From Ophelia neglecta (taxonomy: Eukaryota), in assembly GCA_965285935.1 (NCBI GenBank), contig OZ260661.1, positions 62,744,001 through 62,808,000 on the forward strand: a DNA stretch of 64,000 bases. The letters are read 5' to 3'. Positions 1 through 12,165 of the stretch are shown here, piece by piece (position 1 is the first letter of the stretch; the number at the start of each line of letters is the position of its first letter). The position numbers and the translations under genes were made by a program. Under the pieces are notes generated by a model. The model saw only the letters and a program-made list of their open reading frames with translations, ran no database searches and was not told where the DNA came from.

Positions 1-2815
1 TATTGTTTTGAGATTCATTCCATACTTCTTGACTAAAGTATTTTAGTTATTAATTGCCAATGCTGAAATAACTGTATTTTCGCTCAAAGAAAAATGAGTA
101 GATTTTGTCCTGCACAGTACCACTGTGCTAGCACACCCCCTTGGTTGTTTCAGTAATGCCAGCGTATGGCTATAGTTGCTCAGGCCGGGTTTCACGACAG
201 AGTCAGTGCTTGTCTTTAGTATATGAGCCAATTCCTGGCTTGCTACATTGAAGGGGAGGTTTAATAATAAAGAATGAGCCATTGCTTTTTTCCTGCTTTA
301 TATAGTTCCAAGATGGTAAAAGCAAATTGAGTGTGCCAAGGTAATCACCAACAAGTCCATAGACCAACAACAGTTTCTAGTATTATGGCTCATCTTTCTG
401 ACTCTTTCTTTAGATGAAAGAGTCCTTCGACCGACTTTGATTTTTTCCTTAATTCTAGTTTTTCAGTGGTGTCTGTTTATGGGACATGTACATGAATTAC
501 CACTTCCCTTTGTTAACTTTTTGAGCGCCATCAGAAAACGGTGAAGACACTTCTGTGCTAGGAGAAATCCCTCATTTGTTGCACGTTAATTGCCACATTT
601 TTTCTAGTTTTTTGGCTATATGTTGCTAAGTACTTTTCTGATGTAAACGCCTTCCATGTTTAAAATGAATTAAACAAAAACTTTTTAAATTTCAATTATT
701 GTCCCATCACTAAACTCCTTTTTGCTGCTAATCACTCTTTTGCTAATAACCTTCAAAATGGAGGTTAAAGTCATCAGCGAAAGATATTTAGCTTGTTTTA
801 GCCTGAATTTGGGCCTATTTTAGACCACCTGACAATAAATGATTAAGAAAGTGATGGAACAAATAAAATAATGCAGAAAGACTACCAGTATAGAGTGTCA
901 AGGAGGATATCTTGCAGAGGAAACCTAGATGAGAGCCCTTATTGTGGATTTGTTGTGGCTAATTGGAATGTAGACTCAGTGCCAAACTCCTTGGCACTCC
1001 AGGGGTATGTATGGAGTTCTGATTTCCATGACTCATGGCACACAAGCGACATACATTTGAGGGCGGATACCCGTTAGGAAATGCAAATTAGGCCACAACT
1101 TTCAATATAATACCAAGTACTAGTTGATAATTTTGGAATAATTTGTCCCAATACTTTTGAGATATTTCAAAGTCATCTGATTCAAAGTGAAAATAGTTAA
1201 ATTAACCAGTCCTTCTGTATTGGTTGACATTGGCTCTTTGGCCTTTGTTTATTTTACTTATGCAACTATGTGTATATAGATATTGTTTGATGTTTTGCAT
1301 AGCATAATCTACTAAAGTACATTATCCATCCTTATTGAGGTGCTCAATCAAAATGATTCTATTGTTCACATCACAAAAAGTTGTACCCTTCCAGTACATT
1401 TGTCGCATAACTGAACCACACAGGGTTCTTACAGAAGTGGCCTGTAGTTTTTGATTGTTAAATAAAAAGGAAGTCCTACATATCGACTCTCGGAATTGCC
1501 TCACTTTGCTATGACAGGGTTGTACAGATCACAATAGCAGTAGTAATCTGCCCAAGGCAATAAGCTAAAACATTCTTGTTAGTGGCAGATTTTATCCTTG
1601 TGTAGTAAAAAGTGGGTTAGTGACTCTTCTGGCCCTGTAGATCTCCCACAGTGACAAGTCTGGAGGCCCTGAGTAGTTCACACACTGTTATAGCACCTGA
1701 CTTGTTTCAAACCTATATTCCTTGCCATTTTCCCATTTCTGGTAGGTTTTTATTCTGCCAGTCACTGTTAGGAATAATAGGGAAAATTACAGTGAAGGTC
1801 AGAGTTTATCTCTTTGTGAAAGTCTGCAAGGAAAGCTAAGCTTGCGTGATGAATAGACGCTTGTCATTGTGCCCAGTCGGCCCCAGGCTATGGAAATGAA
1901 GCAGAACATAGTTAGGGATTCTTCGCCAAAACCATGTAATGTTACTAACAATGGTGGAGGAATGATTGACGATGAAGATGGCCCAGTGACGCTAGATTGC
2001 TGTCTTTGATGCCAGTGATATTTGTCAGAATCATCACAATACTCGGTCATAAATTGGCCACTTTGTAAAATATGCCCCCCACACCACACTGTCTTCTTAA
2101 AGAAGCATTAAGCCAGGTCATCATGCATTGCCACCTCTTGCTCAATGATGGAGCACAGAAATCCTGACTCAGCTGCACTTTTGAGCATTCTGCTGATTGG
2201 AGCAGTTTGTTATCTGCATGGATCGTACATGGTTGATCTTTTATCAATGTTCTGTTCCTTTATTGCTGCTGCGCCAGCAAAGTACCATGCTGTGATTTCC
2301 CATTTTGTCAATGAGAATTCAGGTCAGGGTTCATCTGCAATCCATAGTTTTCTTCTGTTTAAAGTGTGTCCCCACTTCATCAGATCCTGCCGACCACCCT
2401 AACTATACCAATATCATGTGTAGGAGGAACTGCTGCTTTGTTGCGTTTCCTTAAGGCATACTACTTATAAATGCTAACTTGCTCAACATTGAAATAACTA
2501 AAACAATATTTTTGTGTATTTTTGTTCCTACATTTCTGAGAATTATGTGATCATTATGCATGACATTGCATGTGGACAGAATTAAAAGATAGGAGCTGCC
2601 TTTTAGTAATATTTGTTATATGTAAACCAAACAAAAATGTCAGCCTAGTTAAGTATAAACAGCATACGTAATTACATATACTAACATACACAGTGTCTTC
2701 GCTGTCTTAGGCCTCAACATGCCTTTCCATTTTTGTCAAATTGACTATCTAGCCTTTGTAATCATGTTTATAATATGATCCTAATACTAACCTTGGAACA
2801 TTTTTCTCTTTGCAG

Positions 2816-2884
2816 CCAAGAAAAATGAGTTGGTACTGGGTCTGCCTGGGTGACACAATTCAACCCGTCCTTCAACCTGCAATG
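2816..2884 (+). CDS. TIA1: Candidate alternative 69-nt exon of the TIA-1/TIAR gene (PRKMSWYWVCLGDTIQPVLQPAM)
   Basis: Perfect branch point TACTAAC at 2785-2791, acceptor TTTTTCTCTTTGCAG| and donor ATG|GTGAGC. Length is divisible by 3. Only the phase-0 frame is open, which is the phase needed to join exon 29632. Internal AAAATGA start at 2825. Confidence 0.6.
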
Positions 2885-3212
2885 GTGAGCCAACTTGTTC
2901 ACAATGGTGGTTCATTACCATGACTACCATTTTTGTTATACAACTTCGTTCCATTCTCCATCAGAAAATTTGAATGTGCCAACTACTTATTTTCACCTCA
3001 ATCATGGGGTTTATGAAGTGATATTAAGATATATATATACTAGTTTGGGTATAATTTTAATATAGTAGTCTTCTGTAAAAATAGCCATATATCAAAGTGA
3101 TTTTGTATTATGTGCTTTTACAGCATTGTAGATAATTTGGAACTTAAAGATAAAACGTTAACAGGGTACAACTTTGCATTTTTGCGTGAGTGTGTGTTTT
3201 TGTGTGTGTGGC

Positions 3213-3244
3213 GGGGGGGGGGGGGGGGGGATAGGGGGGAGGGG
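3213..3244 (+). repeat. Poly-G tract (G18 then G6 and G4), potential G-quadruplex
   Basis: Read directly from the sequence, preceded by a short degenerate TG repeat. Confidence 0.85.
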
Positions 3245-4187
3245 TAGAATCTTCCATTTACTTAACTGAAGCAAAATAGTTTGTCATGTATGTAGATCTT
3301 ATTACTTTTTTTGATTAAATATATCCCATAAATAGTTTTATAGAAATAATGTGTGTATCAGTATGCCCAAATGTCAGCCTTAAGTCCTAAAGACCTGCTG
3401 GGGAGAAACCCTGGACCTCATTTTGCATTGCTTGATGGAAAAAGCTGTCTGCTGTAATGCCTGTGTGCATGACTTCAATAAAGGCAGCATGAACCACAGC
3501 AACTGTGTGATTTGTAGTTCAATGCAATAATCAGCACAGTTAGGGCAAGTGAATTTGCATCCAACACGCTGTAGGGTATTCCATCAATGGGTTTAGCAGC
3601 ATTCTGTAATAAAGTGTGGCATGCAAAGATTGGCCTTATTCCTGCAAAAATGTTCCACTAAAGAGAGGAGAAACCTGCTGCTAAAATCATTTGTCAGCCT
3701 GGTGATGAGAAAAGCTCACCATTCAAGGCGATAGGGTAGAATTTATGTTGTGTGACATTAATGCATGCATTTAGCTAGGTAATGTTTCTTAAATGAGGCA
3801 TATCACAGCATTTCAGCTGTTTAAGGATCTTAATTAGGTCATGGTTAATTAACCTGTCTCTCGTTAAAAGTTATGGATGCATTTGTGCCATGAGGATAAA
3901 GCTTCAACTGGAATTTGAATGATGAAAGAGGGGGATGCCCTCTTCTCTTAAGTCTTAATTAAGCGAGTTGACCCTCTTTGCATGCAATATTTCTAGTCTC
4001 AGGATTCATGTGTCTTATGTTGTGGTGATGCATACATGCAGAGTGTTTCAATAAAGAGAGTCTATTTGACCAGCAGATCATAGCTGACTTGGTCCCTATT
4101 TATGCCAAGATGTCGCTGGGATAATTGAGGAAGAAAGTGTTACAGATGATATCACTGAGCTAATCTGGCATGATATATTAGCAGAAT

Positions 4188-4747
4188 CAATCATCATCAT
4201 GACCCAGCATCAATACATGGCATACTGGCCAGGTTTACAATCCTCATCCTGACCCAGTATCAATGCAAGGCACACTGGCCAAGGTTTACAATCATCATCA
4301 TACCCAGTATCAATACATGGCACACTGGCCAAGGTTTACAATCATCATCCTTACCCAGTATCAATACATGGCACACTGGCCCAGGTTTACAATCATCATC
4401 CTTACCCAGTATCAATACATGGCACACTGGCCCAGGTTTACAATCATCATCCTTACCCAGTATCAATACATGGCACACTGGCCCAGGTTTACAATCATCA
4501 TCCTTACCCAGTATCAATACATGGCACACTGGCCCAGGTTTACAATCATCATCATACCCAGTATCAATACATGGCACACTGGCCCAGGTTTACAATCATC
4601 ATCCTTACCCAGTATCAATACATGGCACACTGGCCCAGGTTTACAATCATCATCCTTACCCAGTATCAATACATGGCACACTGGCCCAGGCTTACAATCA
4701 TCATCATGACCCAGCATTAATGCATGGCACCACTGGCCCAGGTTTAC
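4188..4747. repeat. 51-bp minisatellite, about 11 copies
   Basis: Unit GGCACACTGGCCCAGGTTTACAATCATCATCCTTACCCAGTATCAATACAT; central copies near-identical and terminal copies degenerate. Confidence 0.97.
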
Positions 4748-7700
4748 CCCAAATGTTCTGAATATATAACAAACCAGTTTTTTTGCCAACTGATCACCAA
4801 GTGCTATTTCATCAGTTGCTTCTGAATTTAAAAATTGTGTTGTGAAGGAAACTAGCTTTCAATGGGCCAATGATGTTTGTCTTTTGGTAATTCATGTTTA
4901 TCCCTGTTTTTTAAGTGGCCTAAGTCAAAGCATGTGCAGATTTAGTTCAAAGGTTCTATTACCTAATAAGAAAACTACCAAATACAAAAAATAATGGTAC
5001 ATATGCTCTGCTGATCTGTTTAAAGGCCATCTGACTTGTGCTAGTAGGCTCCATGTTTTGTTACATCTGGTAACCACAAACTTTATGCCCTAAATAATCA
5101 CATGTGGTTTATAATAGCTCAGACCTTCAAGTATTATACTAACAGTTTATTTATTTCAAAGCCTAAATGCAATTGAATTTTTATGACCAACCTGATACAG
5201 TAAAAGGTGTACCAGCTGTTTTGTAATCAATATCTGTTGGGATGCAAATAGGCATTAAAACAAATAAAAATTAGACATGATGACTCAAAATGTGTAATGG
5301 GCTTTCGTTATGAAGATGGTGAAACACAACTCGGATAATGCCTGCTGTGACTTGCATGGCAGTTCATACATATACTCCCTCTAAAAAAGTACATATCATG
5401 TGTTAATGTGTTAATTGAGTTTTGATAAAACAGAAGCCATTGTACAGTTGTAGTTATTGAAATTTAACTAATTTTATTATTTCTAAAATCAAGTTTTATT
5501 AATTTTTTTTAATCAAAATTAAAGTATACTTTGAGCTTACCTATTAAAACCATTCAGAAACAAATATAGTTCTGAAGATGTGTTTGTCATGTGTAAACAG
5601 GTGTATAGTTTGCTTATGTTAATAGTTTAATGAATAAAAATCAATATAATCTTTTATCAAAGGAACATTGAAAGTTGACATTTAAACTGTTAGTTTATTT
5701 TGGCAACAACCGATAAACTCTAACCAATTACCAAAGGATTGTTAAAAACTTAGTGGAAAACATGCCAATCTTGTTCTGTTTTCTACTCACAAAATAACAG
5801 ATAATCTCAGATAATCTCATTACAATGTATTTCAGATTATTGTTATGTTAATCAGTTACAAGATAAATGTACATTGACTGAGGCAGTGAACCATTTTGAT
5901 ACTACTTGCAGCAGTTAATCAGAGAAATGCAGAACAATGGCACCTTTTTATATAGACTTTAAAGCTTTCAGAGCCAAAAGTCTAGGAAATTGAAACTAAA
6001 GACTGTATCAATTTGGAAAACAGGTGACATTTCTTTCTACTGGTCTCTTTGGGTTGACAAGGCACATATATATGTTGTTTTACTTGGGGTTTTACTCAAG
6101 AGGCTTTATATCCAAGTGCACTACCTTTGCAGTAAGTGTATGGCTATCGACCAAGCTTACCTGTGGAGACACAGCACTTAAAATAAGCATACCAGTAATA
6201 CCCAAATATATCTGAGTTACTGCACAACTTTTTTGATCTTTGTTCAAGGGCAAATATCTACATAATGCTCAATACCTACCTGCAAAGGAAAATGTATGTG
6301 AAACAAAACATGAACATGGAATTATTATAATTAAGTTGTGTTAATTGAACCAAATATTTGATGATTATGAAGTAACCAAAGATCAAGTCCAAATTATACT
6401 GTAGTAACTTTATAGTTGGGGAGTGTATGATTTGGAATTTGGAGGTGATGTTGATTGACAGTTTCTCCTGTCCTTTTGGCAAGGTCCCAGCCTTAAAGTT
6501 ATCACTGTTTTAGTAGGATTTTTTCAAATATTATTTAGGAGGTATAAATAGGCTCTAGAACGCTGCTTGTCACCCGATTGATGAGATTTGAATATAGAAG
6601 GAGGCTAGGCGACATGTGATAGTCTAAGCAGAAAATGAGCTGCCATGTTAAAAGCCTTCTCTTGAGTTGCTCTCTCCCAGGAGAGGAAGTCTTCACACTG
6701 TCTGAGTCCTTCTCTCCAAAGTGTTTGCAGTCACCTCCTTTTACTGGCTCAGCAATGGGGTAACCAACCACTTGTTTGCAAACTCTCATTAAACATCTCT
6801 TGTTGGATTTTTAGGATTAAACTTTTTGGCCAATTTACTTCTACATAGCTGATCAGGAACACTCCAAATTCTTTTTCGTAAGATAATCTGCGTTTATGAT
6901 TGCTGAGATGTTGTTATCTCTAACAACAGGTTTTGTCTCGGACTGTTTTTTTTCTGTCCTTTGTCACACTAAATTTGTGTGCTAATCAAAATCTTGAGTT
7001 ATGATCATCTTGGCAGTAAATTGATGATGGTTTTGGCATGTTTAACTGTAATATACAGTCTGGCTTCATTTGCTTTAAGCCATTTTGTTGTTGTTGCTAA
7101 GTCAGTAATTTCGGATGCACATGCCTAAGAGTCATTCTCAATGGGCTTAACATAAACAAATTGCTTATTACATAATTCAAACTGGAACTACCGATCAGAA
7201 GGGAGATACGAAATATAGTGTCACTGTGGGCGCAATTCCTTTGTGTGATGCTCTATCTGTGGTGTCCCAACATGTTTTATGGGAGTGATTTGAAAGAAAT
7301 AATAATGAATGTTAAAACATGTAGGTCTACTCCTATGAAAAATGCATAGACTACCATACAATATAGATTATTGTCTCTTAAAATTATATTGACACAGCTT
7401 TGAAGTCACGGGAAGCTAGCATATTGACCTATCTACATGTTGCACTGAGAATTCTTTTGCTCACATCCATTATTAACAGGTTAATCTCACATTTCTCAAA
7501 AGGCTAGATAATGTATGTACATATCAAAGTGATTTCCCGCGACCCAATGCATTCAGACAAATTCACTGCCTGTGATATTTATGGTGGCTCCCCCATGTAC
7601 AGACAACACATAATGTGACGGTGGGCTTTAAATAGTAAAAGGCATATTGCTTTATAACTTATTTATTTTTTGTATCAAAGACATTAATCAAAAAAATTTT

Positions 7701-10700
7701 TTTAATTAAAATAGTTTTACCCTATTCTTACTTAGTCTAATATAAAAGGTCCCGTGTTATTCGTGAGAAAGCCTGTTCAAATATGGGTATATATGTAGGA
7801 ATTTCTTTTCAAAATGCTGTTTGGGTCACATTGTTATTGAAATATATAGAATGATGAAAAATTATTATTTGGATACAATTTCTTTAATATGAAATTATTG
7901 TACATTCATGTGCATGTACATGAACCTTGTGTATATACAAAACCCAGATAGTGCCCAGACTGTAGAACAAATTGTGTGGGAAAACTTTCTTTGAAACAAA
8001 GTTGTTTTAATATGATTCTGATGGTTCTTAGTACCAGAATAGAGGTAGCCACTGATTAAATGTGATTTTATCTCAGATAAATTTCAGATCACCTTGAGAA
8101 GTTATTACAGAAAATACAATTCAACGTGCATGTGTATGGAAATTTAGTGAAAAAACAGTGAAATCGTCTGACTGAAGCCGCATGATCATTGAAGAGTACA
8201 TAACATTGTAGTTGTAATAATGATAATATCATGATATAAAAACTTACTTATAATTAACAATTGGAAAAAGGGTCATATAACAATTTATATCTTGAATTCG
8301 AAATTTACTTCTATTTCATCATATTTTATTGATTAATACATTAATAAATATTTTCATTAGATGACGGTGTGCATGGAAACACAAGGCACTCAATAAACTG
8401 TACATGTATTGACCAGTGCACACATTAGATATGGCTGTCAATTTAAATAAATTATGACCACCTTTCTGTAAAGTTATTACTAGAATGTATTGGCTATGTG
8501 GCAGCAGCAGTCCAAATAGGAAGGCACATGTATATTTGGTTTGGTGGGATATTTATGTAGAGCCTAGAAACATGGAATTGCTGTAAGCTGATGAGCCATC
8601 TGGTGTTGGTAATACATTATACAGAGGTCTAATGTAAGCTGAACAATATCCTGTCCTTTGTGACTGGCCCACCTGTGGCCATTGATGTGTTACATATGTG
8701 ACCTCATTAAACAGGCCTTCCAATAATAAACCCATAACCATGAGCATTTATATTGGTCGTTTATGATGATATCAAGAAAAGAAATGGTAATGGTTTTCTC
8801 TAGATTGTTGGTTGGTATTGACCAGAGCAGCGACTTGGATGATCCCAAAGATTGCTATCATCAGTGTTTATTCTGTTGCAGCAGTAAGTGCAGGAGAGCT
8901 CGTCATATCATATCAATTAATACAAATTGATATATTGTACTGTAAAATACAATCATTCCCCGACAAAGCCCCAACCAAATGTGAGCAATGATAAGACACA
9001 ACCAATTAGTGATTAAATTACCAATGAATTTATCATTCTCGTTGTGCTGTTGAATTATCTAGTGATCCATTGCCTACTACGGGATGATTCTCAAAAGTCC
9101 TTTTTTAAGATATTGTCACAACAAACAGGATTGATCTTGAGCAGGCCCTCTATGGACAGGCCTGGCCATTTATCAGTGTCTTGTTACCATCAAAGCAGAC
9201 CAAATACACACATTGGTCCATAAAACATGCCATGTTTAGTTTAAAGAACTACTGATTGGTTTTGCTGGCTCCTTTTGAGCCCATTTAGGATTCCAGGCTT
9301 AAACCCCAGCATTTGAATGCAGTTGAATTAAATTATAAAAGTGGAAAGTGGGCTATTGTGGATGGTATTGATCTACTAACAGTATTCATGGCCCATTTTC
9401 CCCATCATTCAGATTAAGTGGCAGCATTTATTATTGCAGCCAGGTTTCGGGCTGAGTGTTAAATATTTCCAATGCATTAATTTATTTTTGAGTGATAAAC
9501 CTTTGAGTGGAATCGGGCTTGTTGAAGTCCATGGTTTGTACATTGATCCTGTGCCATTCTTGTTCTTTGGGATGGCTCATTTGCACCAAATTTATGACCT
9601 CTGTGGCTGCAATAGGGCTTAGTGCAAAGAGAAAGAGCGATCGAAACACTGATTGCACACTGTGTCACTAAGGCTGCACAGCCAGTGGACCTGCCCCCAT
9701 CTCCTGTGTAAGCATGAAGAAATTCTGTGTCCTTTGGGCCCAGTGGTGCATGACCTTGGACTTGGTCGGAACCTAGGACAGCCATGGCTGCTCAGCACTG
9801 GCAAATGATTTCTCTGAATGGTATTGGCAACTGCCTCCCTGCCCCTGCTCATACATTGCAATGGGAATCATCAGGGGTAATGGTGCTTGGAATGTGAATT
9901 TGGGGTTATGACGAGCCCTTTTGGTGCCATCTTAGTTGCCAATGTCCGAAGCAATTTATCAAGCTGTGTAAGCAAATATTATGTGGCACACCATTGCCAG
10001 AAGCTACGTACTTGAACAACTGACTGGAGACAGAGTGCTATGCACACTTAAAAAAATGTATGCCATCCTTGATGTGGTGGGCTGATCCAATTTGAGTTTT
10101 CAAAATATGGGTCACATTAGAAGCATTGGTACTGCACAATTGTCTGTTTGCTAGATTTGTCTCAGAGCTCGCATGCTGTTGTGTCATTTAACGCACATTC
10201 TATGTCTGATCTAGTAAGGAAATGGAACTGTTATGGGAAAATCCAAGCTTATCTGGTTAAATTGGAGAACTGCAGTGCTGCTCTGGCCTTCTGTAATTGG
10301 CAATAAATGGGAACATGCCTTGCCTGCATCTGTTTTGTTCTTGTTATCATCGCCACAGTTGATTGGCTAAGGTAATGACTATCAGTGTTTTAGAGGGTTA
10401 TGCATCACCCTGTAGGACAATGGCCACAGATAGGCTGACTGGGGTGGGCTGCAGCTCCTCGATAGCCGCTACAATCTGACTCTAATGGCAGGTTTGCACG
10501 TAGAATGCTCTATATATCAGCGTAATGTTACTGATCGATGAGGTCGCAGAATGCTGACCTTTACCTTGATAGGGTCCTTTCAAGTAGAAATTTGTAAAAT
10601 AAGATACTGTGTATATTAATCCAGCCCAAGAGTAAGAAACATCAATCACAGCATTGAATGCAGCAGGCTAGAGGTAAATACATTTGCCAGGTCCCCTTGG

Positions 10701-12111
10701 AGAAAAAATATGCAGCTGACTTTTGAGTTAAATATCCAAACTTTCACCTTCTTTTATACTGAGTTGGTTAGATTGACTCAATTCATGCAAAAGGCAGGGA
10801 GACACAGCGAGATGTGGCATCCTGATACTCAAGTCATCTGATTTAGCGTAAAGGAAATTGGCCCCTTTTGGATGAAGGTCATCTCATACTTTTCTTACAT
10901 ACAGAACATTCTGACAGTGCATCAAATAAATCATATATTTTTTCGTGTATTTCAAATGGGATACATACAGATAGTCGAAAAGTTTACAAATATTTCTATT
11001 TCTCCCAACATTTGATTTCTTTAGGTAGGTTAGTTATCCCTAATTTTAATTCTCCTAAGTGTCTAACTGTGATTAGAAATAAGTCAGAGTAGTATGAAAA
11101 GAAAATCTGTTGCAACTCACACTTGCCCTTTTTTTCTTAACTGTTAGGAGCACAGCATGTTCAAAGGAATATGCCCCCCCCCCTCCCCCTGCCTGGCTCT
11201 CCGAGTCATTTGGGAGTAAGATAAAATATATGTATCCCTTTTTTTTACTGCAGTTTCTATAAATTTGATTTTGTGAACAACATTATTATAACCATTTAAC
11301 AGGTGACTCAGGAAACCTCAGTTTTCAGGATGGCCATTTTTGATTATACTGGAGGCCATCAATAAATTTTATTTATTCTCTAAACCTTTTTTTTTACGTT
11401 AAAACATTGAATTTTATGGCACATTAAAATGCTGATAAAAACTGAAATAGTACTGTCACCAGAGCTGAAAAACATAATACTAAATAATGCAAGATTCTAA
11501 TATTAGCATGATCATTTCGGCCTAATTTCTGATGAGAAGAGGGAGAAGCACACACACTGTACACTAAAGACCTTAACCTTGTTGTTGTAGTCGGCTGGAG
11601 ACTATTTACAAATTTGACATTGCCATTATTTGTCGAGTTTTATAGGCAACCTTTAAAAAATAATATCAGCCAACTGCATCTTGGTAAAGGTCCCCTCATT
11701 GGCATGAAATGGCAGTTCTTCTCCCTGGTATTTGGATTTAAGATTGTGCACACATTCGTAGAAAGATATCATCATGCCTAGCTTTGAAAGTTGATTGAGA
11801 GTTCTTTTCCTCTTTCACTTTCTTAAATCCAGTAGGAGCCATTGTGAGGGATAACAATCTAGGGATAAAGCCTTCTTTCACCATTCTTTCCTGCCCGTGT
11901 TACGAGATGGATTACAGCTCTGCCTGCTCCTCGTATCACTGTAATTAGCGTTTGTCAAATCAAGGCCGGCAAGGTTTGGTAACGAGCCCAATGTAAAGCT
12001 GGTGCCCATAAATTGAAATGCAATGATGAGTGACTGGAAGAAGTAAAAAGCATGTGATTTACCGCCATTGATGGCAGAGATGGAGAGTCATGTGTTCTCT
12101 TTACATTTCAG

Positions 12112-12165
12112 ACTCCAGCCCTGAGCCCTCTGAGCCTAATGAGCTCCCCTCTCCTGACACCAAAG
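12112..12165 (+). CDS. TIA1: Candidate alternative 54-nt exon of the TIA-1/TIAR gene (TPALSPLSLMSSPLLTPK in phase 0)
   Basis: Acceptor TGTTCTCTTTACATTTCAG| and consensus donor AAG|GTAAGT. The 54 nt are open in phase 0 and GC-richer than the flanks. A second frame is also open. Confidence 0.6.

Noticed and set aside
306-340. 35-nt exon-like segment (TATAG|...AAG|GTAATC)
   Set aside because: It is not frame-preserving and its ATG frame stops at once. It could be a UTR exon but there is no further support.
871-1077. ORF with ESPYCGFV resembling the RRM1 NDPYCFVEF exon
   Set aside because: The similarity is superficial, there is no downstream AAAL/MN motif, and the splice sites do not fit.
4260-4789. 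Cys/His-rich repeat proteins on both strands
   Set aside because: They are translations of the 51-bp minisatellite, with frameshifting variant units.
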